Positions 20,751-30,805 of a stretch of 64,000 nt of DNA are shown in pieces. This DNA is from a virus. Position 1 is the first letter of the stretch. Each line of letters opens with the position of its first letter. The stretch is from the IMG/VR virus record IMGVR_UViG_3300027763_000026; one strand, written 5' to 3'. The notes beneath the pieces were generated by a model. The model was not told the origin of the DNA. It ran no database searches and worked only from the letters and a program-made list of their open reading frames with translations. The translations under genes were made by a program, and so were the position numbers.

Positions 20751-21758
20751 TTAATATTCTAAAAATACTAATGGACTTAACACGGTGCTTGATGAAACAT
20801 ACCACTCTCCTAATCCTATGTTTTGTGGTAAAATGGAGCGTCCAGTTTCAGCTAATATATGAGTAAGAGCTGTACTGTTTAATCCATGTAAAGTGCTAGA
20901 GCCAGTATTTATGCCAAAATGCTCTCTAAATCCGTGAGAGGCAAGTATTCTAAAAGTACTCCCTTCCCCAGTGCTAAGCATAGAAGCAACTATATATGGA
21001 CCTTTATTAAAAGTTCCATTTAATTTAGTTCTATAAATTCCAGTATTAAGAATGCTGCCAGTTATAGACCCACTAGCAATTAGTTTTGCATTTTGAAAAC
21101 CATAATCTCCAGAATATATACCTATATCAATTTTTGGATCAAAGGTCGAGTAGTTTGTCATCTCAATACAAGCCACAGGATCAACAACATCCTTCTTGAT
21201 TAAAAAAGGAAAATAATTTACTGTTCCAGAAGCAGTAGTATTAGTAGTAGCACTTAGGAAATCTAACGGAGGATATCTTCTTACTCCTGTCCAAGCTGAA
21301 AATTGATCTGCAACAATATTATTAATAATTCTTCCACTAACAGTTAAATTTCCACTAACATATAATTTAGTTGTTCCTGTATTTGGAAGTCCTCCTATGC
21401 CAACAGAATTTCCAGTTATTATAAAATCATTTCTATTAAAAGCTCCCATAACAACTGTATTATCATCAAAAGCTTCTATGATTGGAAGACCAGCTATATC
21501 ATTAACACTAAAAATAGATCCAGAAAGATTATCTGTTACAGAAAACAATCTACCATTTACGCCATCGACACTAAATCTATCTTGACCAGATGCACTTCCT
21601 GTAACATAACTAGTTAAATTTAAACCACCAAGATTATCATAATTTAATCTTGTAGCAAAGTTGCCGCTATTAAAATTAGAATTAAATGAACTACTCCCAG
21701 CAATTCCTGTGCTAAATTCAATAAGCCCCGAATTTGGATTTATTAGTATGTTGGGCAT
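20751..21758 (-). CDS. Putative virion structural/fibre protein
   Basis: 335 aa beta-rich; GTGTAA upstream. Confidence 0.65.
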   Translation of the reverse strand: MPNILINPNSGLIEFSTGIAGSSSFNSNFNSGNFATRLNYDNLGGLNLTSYVTGSASGQDRFSVDGVNGRLFSVTDNLSGSIFSVNDIAGLPIIEAFDDNTVVMGAFNRNDFIITGNSVGIGGLPNTGTTKLYVSGNLTVSGRIINNIVADQFSAWTGVRRYPPLDFLSATTNTTASGTVNYFPFLIKKDVVDPVACIEMTNYSTFDPKIDIGIYSGDYGFQNAKLIASGSITGSILNTGIYRTKLNGTFNKGPYIVASMLSTGEGSTFRILASHGFREHFGINTGSSTLHGLNSTALTHILAETGRSILPQNIGLGEWYVSSSTVLSPLVFLEY

Positions 21759-21773
21759 ATAGACGAATTACAC

Positions 21774-22460
21774 TTATGTTAATCTAAATCGACTTTTTAG
21801 ATTTTGATAATTTTGAAGAATTTGAAGTTGAGATAACTCTGTGTTATGCATAGAAAGATGACCCAATATAAGACTAGTTGAAGTACCATTTAATGTACTA
21901 TTAAATGCAAAAGAATTTGCTGTTGGAGCAATTAATGTTGCACCAGCTTGAGAAGCTAATAAAATTCCATTTTTATATATTCTTGCTGTTCCTGTAGAAG
22001 AATTAAATGAAATAGTAACGTAAAATGGATTAGGACTAACTAAAAATGTATTAGATGGAGATTCAAAATAAAAATTTCCACCACTTTCACTTGACCAAAA
22101 AGCTAATTTATTATTAGTAAAACCACATCTAAATCCATTAGTATTATAAACTTCACTTCCGATAAACCATGATTGATTTGGCCCAGTTACAGAAATTAAT
22201 TCAATAAAAAGATTAATTGTAAAAGTGTTTGTTATTCCAAGGCTTGGAAATGAACTTCCAGTAAAACCATTTCCAGAACTATATGTTAATGATCCATTAT
22301 ATTTATTAGAATAAGTCCCTGATCCTATGCCTCCTATATATTTTTTTGTAATACCATCGTATAAATTACTTGATCCAACAATATAAGTATATCTATTAGA
22401 TATATCTAAAGATAAAACCATACCATTTGTGACTAAATCTGTTCCACCTGATGCGCTCAT
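21774..22460 (-). CDS. LamG/concanavalin-like domain protein
   Basis: LVTNGMVLSLD..ARIYKNG..LS..QILQNY pattern. Confidence 0.75.
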   Translation of the reverse strand: MSASGGTDLVTNGMVLSLDISNRYTYIVGSSNLYDGITKKYIGGIGSGTYSNKYNGSLTYSSGNGFTGSSFPSLGITNTFTINLFIELISVTGPNQSWFIGSEVYNTNGFRCGFTNNKLAFWSSESGGNFYFESPSNTFLVSPNPFYVTISFNSSTGTARIYKNGILLASQAGATLIAPTANSFAFNSTLNGTSTSLILGHLSMHNTELSQLQILQNYQNLKSRFRLT

Positions 22461-23122
22461 AAATTAAATCTTCTTTTCAAAGTAGTGTAGTTTTGAAAAA
22501 CTTCTGTTTGTGATAATACTCTATTATAAATTCTGTAAATACTTCCATTACCGTTAAAATAAGCGGAATTGGCCCATCTACCAATTAAAATACTGCCTGT
22601 GCCAATAAAAGAACCAATACTGCCTGTTCCTTGTAGTATGCCATTTTTAAATATTTGACATAAATTATTTGTTACATTATAAGTAAAAACTATTTGATAC
22701 CAATTGTTAATTTCTACTGTTCCTGTACCAAAATCAGAACCAAAATGACCTTGGTATATTTCTGCACTTCTAAAAACTAAATGAAGACCTTGTCTGCCAC
22801 CAATAGCATCTGTTCCGAACATTGTTTTATCACCATCTAAAGCTTTTAGGTAAACCCAAGCTTCCATAGTATAACTTGCATCATAAAATCCTAATTGTGC
22901 AGATGTTTTTTGGGTATCTACAAAATTATTTGTACCATTAAACATAATAGTTCCGCCATTTAAAGAACTAAAAGTTGGACTATTTGTAAGTATTGCATGA
23001 TTATTTTTTCCACTTAAATCGCGCCAAACTGTTCCACTTCCAGAATAGCTTTTCTTATTAGCTGCATCTAAGCACAGCGCTAACCCATCAGTAACTATTT
23101 TAGGAGAATGATGAAGGCTCAT
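22457..23122 (-). CDS. LamG/concanavalin-like domain protein
   Basis: IVTDGLALCLDAAN..SY.GSGTVWRDLSG..WYQIVFTY..RIYNRVLS; start moved to MSLHHSPK. Confidence 0.85.
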   Translation of the reverse strand: MSLHHSPKIVTDGLALCLDAANKKSYSGSGTVWRDLSGKNNHAILTNSPTFSSLNGGTIMFNGTNNFVDTQKTSAQLGFYDASYTMEAWVYLKALDGDKTMFGTDAIGGRQGLHLVFRSAEIYQGHFGSDFGTGTVEINNWYQIVFTYNVTNNLCQIFKNGILQGTGSIGSFIGTGSILIGRWANSAYFNGNGSIYRIYNRVLSQTEVFQNYTTLKRRFNL

Positions 23123-23709
23123 ATAAAATAAATATTTTTTAATGTAGTTAATGCAGATGCTCCTGTATCTGTGCAAGATTTAACCACTAGTATTCCAGCC
23201 GGATTATTTTTAATATTTTTTGTTCTTATCATTTTAAATTTTCTATACTGTGTTATATTTTGATTGCCCCAATTTGCTGCTGCATCGCCGCAGTTATAAA
23301 CATATTGACCTGGATTAGTAATTACGACTGTTGGTAATTCATAAGTATATTTAAAATCATATACTCGGTCTTTATTCGAAGCGCTAAAACCTAATAAATT
23401 ATTTAAACTTGTAAAACCTAATGGTATAGACATACCAGAATCAAGAGCTGTACCGCTTCCTATTGACCAACATCCTACGTCACCAAGAAAATTAAATTCT
23501 ATTTCTATTCTATCATATTGAATTTCATTTTTAAATTCTACAGCAAAAGAACTTGGAATTCCGCCACATCCATAATTATCTGCCCTAAAAGTTAACTCTA
23601 GTCCACCATCTTTATCTCCATTAAATAAAACTGTACTACCGACTGTACCGATTCTATTTACATCAGAAAACTTAACGCGTCTTTTGACTTTTCCGTATTG
23701 AGTTGCCAT
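23119..23709 (-). CDS. Hypothetical virion-associated protein
   Basis: 196-aa ORF overlapping the next gene by 4 nt. Confidence 0.6.
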   Translation of the reverse strand: MATQYGKVKRRVKFSDVNRIGTVGSTVLFNGDKDGGLELTFRADNYGCGGIPSSFAVEFKNEIQYDRIEIEFNFLGDVGCWSIGSGTALDSGMSIPLGFTSLNNLLGFSASNKDRVYDFKYTYELPTVVITNPGQYVYNCGDAAANWGNQNITQYRKFKMIRTKNIKNNPAGILVVKSCTDTGASALTTLKNIYFI

Positions 23710-23710
23710 A

Positions 23711-26401
23711 TTAAAACTCTACGGTTAATTTAGGAATATCTTTTCTTTCTCCGTATACTGTATAAAAATAATCATTTCCGTTGTTACCATCTACAACTAT
23801 TCTTTTATTATTGTATTCAAAAACATAAATATTAGAGAATGCATCCATTGGCGTTAAATTAACTGAAATACTATTCTCGTCAACTAAAGATGCCCAGTAA
23901 TCTGGAAGGTCGATTATATTCCTATTAGTTTTTCCTCTTACGAATACCCCGTGCTCTGGACCTTCTAAACTGCCGTATTGGAGTTTTTTACCAACTTGCG
24001 TTGGGTGATCTATTAAGAATGATTTAGAAGCTGCAGAAAGGTGACCAGTTATTGTTGTATTACCACTTACCGTAAGATCTCCTTGTAAAATGCTATTTCC
24101 ACTAACATAAAATCTACTCGGCACAGAAGATATGCCACTACCAATACCAAAGTTACCATTTGAATCTAATAAAACTCTATTTGCATTTGCTCCACCACCT
24201 ATAAATCTAACACTTCTTGTTCCTCCTCCACCATAATAAAAATCAAAATTATCATCTCCTCTACTTCCGATATTAGAAGAATAAATATAATTAGAAAATA
24301 AAGCCCCAGCATTTCCATTCGTAGTAGGATCAAAAGATACCGAAGTATGATTATTAGGAGATTTCAAAATAAAAGGTGCTCCTAACCCACTTATAACAAG
24401 TCCTCCAGCGGTAATATTTCCTGTTCCAATATCTATAGTTGCAGATGGACTAACTACATTAACTCCTAATTTTCCACTAACAATATTAATATATGATTCA
24501 TTTGTAGCGCCAATTCTAACGCTATCTGTATTATAATTCTCTTGATGAGCTCCATAAGCATGACTATTAAAACCATAAGCTTTATTATTAAATCCAAGAG
24601 CAGAAGTTGATCCGCTCTCTACTCTATTCAATCCTCCGACAGCAACTCTTGTAATAACTCCTGCTGGAACATTTAATACGCTTGCATCAACATTTCTAAA
24701 TCCTGCGAAAACATTATGCGCCCAATAATTTCTATGAACTGCATCTGATGCTCCACGATAAATCTGCATTCCAGTAATAAGATCTTCTGAACTTATAAAA
24801 CCACTTCCAGTAGTTAATGGTGGATTATGAAAAGCTCCAGGTCTTCCAACCCCACCTAAAGATCCAAAGTTCATTAAAGAAAGAGTAATTTCTAATCCAG
24901 TAGAACTTAAAACTTTTGAAACATATCCGTCATATCTTGCTTGTGTTAATGTAATTCCAGAAGCTATAAAAGTTCCTGCTCCTCTATTAAAAACATCTAC
25001 TACAACACTTTCACCAGTATATCCTGTGATTGGAGATCTATAAAAAACATTAAATTGATCTAAATATTGACCACTATTTCTTTCTATTCTAGTAATTCCA
25101 GTAAAAGCATTTGATGTTGTAGTTCTAGTTAATGTCCAAGCGTCTGTTTGAGTTGACGTACCTTTTTGCGCTGAATTAAAATTATTATTGATTCCTAAAG
25201 CGCCAAGAGCAATTCCAACTTTATAAACGTTTGTTGAGCCATATGTTGGATCAAGTCCAGTAGCTCTTGTTACAACTGTTCCATTATAAGTATTAGCGAC
25301 AATTCCAGCAACTCCAGGAAATACTCTTAGATAAACTGTATCTCCAGTTGCATGTAAATATTGAGAAGTTGCTTGGCTATTTACTGCGTAACCTAATTCT
25401 ACTAAACCTGTTCCTGGAGGTGTTACTACCGTTGTGCCAGTTGTTGTTAAATACAATTCTGTGAGATTAGAAGTAGGGAATGTTTGATCACCCGCACCTT
25501 TTGCTTCTAATGTTGTTAAGTGAATTAAATCTCTTAGGTTGTCGTTTCCATTTGGTCTTGTTGTAGGAGAAAATTGATAGCTTTTATAATTTGTATTTGT
25601 ATCTGTTGAGTACCTGCCGTTAAATGATCCTGGATTATTAGGTCCAGCTGAAAAAAATAAGTGAAAATGATCTGAAGCGCTTGTAAAATTATTGCTTCCT
25701 GCATCTAGTGATAAACCATGAACCAATCTTCCTCGACCTTCAATATTTAATGGAGTATTTGGGTCAACTCCACTATTTAAAGCATATGTAAATCCTGCTC
25801 CCAATGAAGAAGTTACATTAGTATTAATTCTAACTATTCCACTTTGACTATTTATATTTAATCCAGTGCCAAGATCAAATGCTCTTCCAGATGGCTCTAT
25901 TCTAAATAAATCAAATATTTTATTTCCACTAATGGTTTGATTACCAGTTGTATAAACTACAGTATTTGGCAAATTTCCAGCTTCACCACTTAATAAAACT
26001 CCAGTGCCATTTACTGTTGGGCGATTTGTTAGAGTTACATTCCCACTTGTTATAGCTATATCTACTCCAGAAAGACTTAGATTATCAATGTTATTTAAAT
26101 CAATAGCATTAAAAATCCCAGTTCCAGAAACTTGAATATTATTAGCAAAAGTTTTAATCCCAGATATAGTTTGATTTCCTGTGGTATAAACAATTGAATT
26201 TGGAGATCCAGTAAATACAGGATTTCCATTTACAAAAAGTCCACTAGTAAAATTACCACTCCCGTAGACTGTAAAATTATTTCCAGAAATAACTAAAAAA
26301 TCACCTTGCGCCGAGTCGCCAAATGTCGTATCTTGAGCAAAATTTTTGACCCCAGATATAGTTTGATTGCCTTGATCTGTTATGTGAATTGTTGTTGGCA
26401 T
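23711..26401 (-). CDS. Fibre protein with C-terminal chaperone-like domain
   Basis: 896 aa; GNQTISG.KTF repeats; C-terminal KSFLIDHP..KLQYGSLEGPE domain common at phage fibre ends. Confidence 0.75.
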   Translation of the reverse strand: MPTTIHITDQGNQTISGVKNFAQDTTFGDSAQGDFLVISGNNFTVYGSGNFTSGLFVNGNPVFTGSPNSIVYTTGNQTISGIKTFANNIQVSGTGIFNAIDLNNIDNLSLSGVDIAITSGNVTLTNRPTVNGTGVLLSGEAGNLPNTVVYTTGNQTISGNKIFDLFRIEPSGRAFDLGTGLNINSQSGIVRINTNVTSSLGAGFTYALNSGVDPNTPLNIEGRGRLVHGLSLDAGSNNFTSASDHFHLFFSAGPNNPGSFNGRYSTDTNTNYKSYQFSPTTRPNGNDNLRDLIHLTTLEAKGAGDQTFPTSNLTELYLTTTGTTVVTPPGTGLVELGYAVNSQATSQYLHATGDTVYLRVFPGVAGIVANTYNGTVVTRATGLDPTYGSTNVYKVGIALGALGINNNFNSAQKGTSTQTDAWTLTRTTTSNAFTGITRIERNSGQYLDQFNVFYRSPITGYTGESVVVDVFNRGAGTFIASGITLTQARYDGYVSKVLSSTGLEITLSLMNFGSLGGVGRPGAFHNPPLTTGSGFISSEDLITGMQIYRGASDAVHRNYWAHNVFAGFRNVDASVLNVPAGVITRVAVGGLNRVESGSTSALGFNNKAYGFNSHAYGAHQENYNTDSVRIGATNESYINIVSGKLGVNVVSPSATIDIGTGNITAGGLVISGLGAPFILKSPNNHTSVSFDPTTNGNAGALFSNYIYSSNIGSRGDDNFDFYYGGGGTRSVRFIGGGANANRVLLDSNGNFGIGSGISSVPSRFYVSGNSILQGDLTVSGNTTITGHLSAASKSFLIDHPTQVGKKLQYGSLEGPEHGVFVRGKTNRNIIDLPDYWASLVDENSISVNLTPMDAFSNIYVFEYNNKRIVVDGNNGNDYFYTVYGERKDIPKLTVEF

Positions 26402-26494
26402 ATTATTGGTTTTCTAATTGAATTTTCTTATCTTGTATTACACTATGTAATTTGGGGTTATTTTTAATGAAATTAAATATGTTTTTCATAAGTT

Positions 26495-28030
26495 TTATGC
26501 TGTTGGATCAGTTACTACTAGTTGGTCACTACTGTTGAAATATCTTAATCTCATAGAGTTTGCTGAATTTTTAAATAGTGTTGTGTTGTAAGAGTTGTAT
26601 ACATGTGTTGAAGATGAAAAATCAATACTATAAAAATTACTTTCAGATGTGTTAGCGTTAAAACTGTTGCGAATAGTGTTAAACGCGAAACCGATGCCAA
26701 TAGTGTTAGCGTTAAAACCGTTGCCAATAGTGTTAGCGTTAAAACTGTTGCCAATAGTGTTAGAGTGGAAATTGTTGCCAATAGTGTTAGAGTAGAAAAG
26801 GTTGCCAATAGTGTTAGAGTAGAAATTGTTGCCAATAGTGTTAGAGTTAAAACTGTTGCTAATAAAGTCGGAACCGTTACTAATAGTGTTAGACTTGAAA
26901 TCGTTGCTAATAGTGTTAGAGTAGAAATTGTTGCCAATAGTGTTATAGGAGAAAAAGTCGCCAATAGCGTTAGCGTTAAAACCGTTGCCAATAGTGTTAG
27001 CGTTAAAACCGTTGCCAATAGTGTTAGCGTTAAAACTGTTGCCAATAGTGTTAGAGTGGAAATTGTTGCCAATTATCACATTACTATAGCCACCTTCTAT
27101 TTTTATATTTTTTACATCATTTAATGTAAAAGTTCCTAATCCAGTAAGAGTAGAAGTAAAAGTTGGTTGTTGAATTCTTGAAGAGGTTAAAGCTGGTAAA
27201 TTTATAATAAAATCTCCAAGGTTTGCATCATCATAAAGCGCTCTAAATCCATAACTTTCATCTGTGCTAAAAAAAGTCCCACTCTCAACAAAATTTGATA
27301 CTGGATGCCAAAAATTAGTATTACTTAAAGCATTTCCGCTATTGCCTGTAACAAGTGAATAATACAACTTGCCGCGATTGCTATTATTACCAGTTTCTTT
27401 AACATAATCTAATCTAGAGTATTGATGATTACTGGAATAGCTTGGCACAGAAATAATATTTGGCTTGCAACAATTAACCGTTATGTTTCTCCAATCATAG
27501 GGTATATCAATGTTCAGAAGATTATCTACTCTTCTATAAATCCAGCCCTTGAAATCTGATATAGCTAAATTATTATTAATTTCGCCCCAAGAATAAGAAC
27601 TACGTGCATCTATATTGTAATAAATTGTATCTTGAGGATAAATTTCTGATTGCGCTAAGTGATATATTTGTTTATTAGAAATAGCAGTAACAATTAGAGG
27701 TTCTCCAGAAGCTGCTGTTCTGACTGTTGAATCATTGATTGATTGATTTCTCCATTTGAGAACAAAATCTGAAATTCTATATAATTGACCGCTCAATAAT
27801 CCGCTAATAGCTTTTAAGCCTGTTAAGTTTGAATATGTGGTATTTAAAATTTGATTTGGTGCAGGCAAATCATCGCCAATTAATAATACGCCACTTCCAT
27901 TTACAAAAGGTCTTTTATTAAAAGTTTTAATTCCACTAATAATCTCATCGCCAATTAAACCTACTGTTCTTAGGGTTTGTCTTATCCCTGATAATTGCAG
28001 ATCTGATGCTGTCGTTAGTTCTAATGACAT
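26495..28030 (-). CDS. Fibre-associated protein with a C-terminal 9-aa repeat beta-solenoid
   Basis: 511 aa; about 16 NTIGNxFxx repeats. Confidence 0.75.
   Translation of the reverse strand: MSLELTTASDLQLSGIRQTLRTVGLIGDEIISGIKTFNKRPFVNGSGVLLIGDDLPAPNQILNTTYSNLTGLKAISGLLSGQLYRISDFVLKWRNQSINDSTVRTAASGEPLIVTAISNKQIYHLAQSEIYPQDTIYYNIDARSSYSWGEINNNLAISDFKGWIYRRVDNLLNIDIPYDWRNITVNCCKPNIISVPSYSSNHQYSRLDYVKETGNNSNRGKLYYSLVTGNSGNALSNTNFWHPVSNFVESGTFFSTDESYGFRALYDDANLGDFIINLPALTSSRIQQPTFTSTLTGLGTFTLNDVKNIKIEGGYSNVIIGNNFHSNTIGNSFNANTIGNGFNANTIGNGFNANAIGDFFSYNTIGNNFYSNTISNDFKSNTISNGSDFISNSFNSNTIGNNFYSNTIGNLFYSNTIGNNFHSNTIGNSFNANTIGNGFNANTIGIGFAFNTIRNSFNANTSESNFYSIDFSSSTHVYNSYNTTLFKNSANSMRLRYFNSSDQLVVTDPTA
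26650..27070 (-). repeat. 27-nt coding tandem repeat, about 16 units (AAC ACT ATT GGC AAC NNT TTY NNC NNT)
   Basis: Read directly from the sequence. Confidence 0.9.
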
Positions 28031-28106
28031 ATTATAAAATAATTACACCTATTATTTAGGTAATTTAATTTGTTTTATTTTTTATCTAACCCAATTAATC
28101 TATTAA

Positions 28107-30797
28107 TTAAATTCCTGTGGTTCCCATAAGAAATGCTACTAATCCTTTTGCACGAAGCTTTAGTGTTTTATAAAAAGCTACATCATTTATAGATGGGTCT
28201 CTCATATGGGGCATTGTTGTAAGTACTGAGGAGTAATTACCAACAACTGGCTGCTGGTTTGAATAACGGACATGTGTAAAAGTGGTTGGATTAATTACTG
28301 TAATAGCTGACGTAACACTCTTTACATTAGCACTATTATTCAAATCATTAACGCTTATTGCCTGGGTTCCAACAGCACCATAAACATGAATAAAATCATT
28401 TGTAGTAAATCCATGATTGACACTTGTTGTTATTGTTTGTTGAATGCCTTGCCGAGGAGCATTTGCATTACCATTTGTAAGTCTACCCTGATTGAATGGT
28501 TGATCTAAAACATTAACTGTTCCGCTATTAGTTGTTGCTCCAGCTGATCCATTTACAGGAATTGTAAACGTGGTTGAACTTGTTCCTGTAGCAACCCAAG
28601 ATCCATTTAATGCTGCATTTGAACAACCTTCTATTACAACAGTAAATACTTCAGATCCAGATCCACCATGGGCCTGCGAACATACAATGACAGCTGGATT
28701 CGCAGCTGATGTAGACGCAATAGATACACTTTGTGGTGTGTGCAGATAGTCTACACTTGCTGCAGTTACCCCCGTGTATTGAGATGGCGAGTTTACCCAA
28801 CGCTTTTTTGTTGTGTCATACCATAGATCGAATCCATTTTCCGTGCATGAATATTTTGGAAAACCATTTGTTGTGCCGTTTCTATTATAAATTCCTGCAG
28901 AAAAAATTGGTAAAAGTGCTCCATTGTCACTATTTCTCAATTGAGTAGTGCTAAGAAATATATGAGAATCGTGTGCTGCGCCTACTATAGTTGCTGCAGA
29001 TATTGGAGCGCTTCCTGAGAATTGAGGGCTTGAATTTGTGAGTCTCATAATTCCTTCGCCCACAACACCATTTAAATCTGTTGGTACAGGCGCTGTGAGA
29101 GTGGTTAATCCAGTTGAAGTCGCAGTCCACACACCATTATATCTAAGAGCAACGCCAGTGCATCCAGAAATTGCAACTTGTGTGCCAGTTGTTATTCCGT
29201 GGTTTGTTGCGGTTGTAATTGTAGCAACCCCAGCTGATGTAGTAATAGAGTTGATAGTAAGTAAGCTGGTTGGTCCAATGGTTATAACTCGATTAGCGCC
29301 ATAGGTAGTTGTTCCATTTGTTCCATCTAAAGCATCTAATCTTGATAAGATATTAGACAAGGATAACTCAGAGCAAGTCCAAGTTACAGTACCATCTACA
29401 ACAGTATTTCCAATTGTCGTGGGCCAAGTAGGTTGTGAAACGCCAGAAGTTCCTGCGGTTGTGCAAATATATTTTCTTCCATTTTTAGTTATAGGTGTAA
29501 CAGCGACTTCTTGTCTTTGGATTGTTGCTGTGCCTGCGGCAATCTGCGTAGTTGCAATAATTGTATATGTGAATTGATTAGCAGTAATTCGAGTAACTGG
29601 GACAGCTGATACATTAAAATTGTGAACTGATACTGACGTTCCTGTAATACCAGAAACTGTGATTATATCACCAGTTTGAAGTCCATGGTCTTGAATATCT
29701 ACAGTGCATGTTGTTCCTGTTGTAGTTGAAGAAAAAGCTGATGCAGGTGCTGTGAATAACCTATATGATGGATAATATGTGCTTGCTGACCATGCATTGT
29801 GTCTATCAAGACCTACATCTCCACTATTAAAATTTCCATTTATATGTTTCAAAGTAGAACCTATTAAAAGAGTAGTGAAAGAGTTCATTGAAGCGGTCGA
29901 ACTATAAATCGTAAAGACCCCCCCAACATTAGCTAGAGCAGGAAGTCTAATAGTGGTAATACTGTTTGCGTTACTAGAATTAAATTGAATTGCCCCTGCA
30001 ACATTAGCTAGAGCAGGCAAGTTAACAACTGTAAGAGCTTGCGCATTGCTTGAAATTAGTACAAAATTACCAACTACAGAAGCTAAAGCAGGAAAGCTAA
30101 TAGTAGTAAGAGAATTACCAACACCTGCCACCACGGTAGCAGCCCCACCAATAGAAGCGAGAACAGGGAATTCAATTGTACTTATAAGATTTAAGCTAGC
30201 GGTGCTAGCGATAAATGTGAAAGCTCCACCAACAGAAACTAAAGCAGGAAAACTAACAGTGGTTAGAGAATTTGCGCTAAAACTAGTGCCAGTAAATCCA
30301 AAAGATCCACCAATAGAAACTAGAGCAGGAAAACTAATACTGGTTAGAGAATTTACAGTAGTAGTAGCGCTACTATTAAAAGACGAGCCAATAGAGGCTA
30401 GATTAGGAAAGCTAAGACTGGTTAGAGAATTCATACTACCATTAAAAGGAGAGAAAGATAAACCAACAGAAGTTAGAACAGGAAAGCTAAGATTAGTTAA
30501 CTTAGACAAATTTTGTATGGTGAAAGAATCTCTAACTCCTACTATATTTGTAGAAGATAAAGATGTGAGGTTATCGAAGTTTAAGTTATTATACCCCGTA
30601 ATAAAAAGACTTGTGATCCATTTTCCATAGAGAAGAGCTGCGGTTTGAGAACCAGATAAACCCAATAAAGCGCCTCTTAATGGATTAGTTGTAAAAATAG
30701 GAATGCGAGGTATTGGTAAAGTACCAGCATATGAAAGATCAAAAGAGTCTGTTGGTAAATTTGATCTTGCTTCTGTTAAATTTTTTAAACTTCCCAT
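28107..30797 (-). CDS. Large multidomain surface protein (LRR-like SLTxxSFPxL repeats, T.T..HG...G repeats, short AW..Y carbohydrate-binding-like module)
   Basis: Repeats visible in the translation; start moved to 30797 by the GTGTAA motif. Confidence 0.7.
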   Translation of the reverse strand: MGSLKNLTEARSNLPTDSFDLSYAGTLPIPRIPIFTTNPLRGALLGLSGSQTAALLYGKWITSLFITGYNNLNFDNLTSLSSTNIVGVRDSFTIQNLSKLTNLSFPVLTSVGLSFSPFNGSMNSLTSLSFPNLASIGSSFNSSATTTVNSLTSISFPALVSIGGSFGFTGTSFSANSLTTVSFPALVSVGGAFTFIASTASLNLISTIEFPVLASIGGAATVVAGVGNSLTTISFPALASVVGNFVLISSNAQALTVVNLPALANVAGAIQFNSSNANSITTIRLPALANVGGVFTIYSSTASMNSFTTLLIGSTLKHINGNFNSGDVGLDRHNAWSASTYYPSYRLFTAPASAFSSTTTGTTCTVDIQDHGLQTGDIITVSGITGTSVSVHNFNVSAVPVTRITANQFTYTIIATTQIAAGTATIQRQEVAVTPITKNGRKYICTTAGTSGVSQPTWPTTIGNTVVDGTVTWTCSELSLSNILSRLDALDGTNGTTTYGANRVITIGPTSLLTINSITTSAGVATITTATNHGITTGTQVAISGCTGVALRYNGVWTATSTGLTTLTAPVPTDLNGVVGEGIMRLTNSSPQFSGSAPISAATIVGAAHDSHIFLSTTQLRNSDNGALLPIFSAGIYNRNGTTNGFPKYSCTENGFDLWYDTTKKRWVNSPSQYTGVTAASVDYLHTPQSVSIASTSAANPAVIVCSQAHGGSGSEVFTVVIEGCSNAALNGSWVATGTSSTTFTIPVNGSAGATTNSGTVNVLDQPFNQGRLTNGNANAPRQGIQQTITTSVNHGFTTNDFIHVYGAVGTQAISVNDLNNSANVKSVTSAITVINPTTFTHVRYSNQQPVVGNYSSVLTTMPHMRDPSINDVAFYKTLKLRAKGLVAFLMGTTGI

Positions 30798-30805
30798 ATA
30801 TGCCT

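Noticed and set aside
10443-26368. Duplicated fibre segment as a DGR template/variable pair
   Set aside because: Both copies are coding and the differences are almost all synonymous third-position changes, not adenine-specific.
26551-27124. ORFs 26551..27072 (-) and 26765..27124 (+)
   Set aside because: Alternative frames left open by the 27-nt tandem repeat inside 26495..28030.
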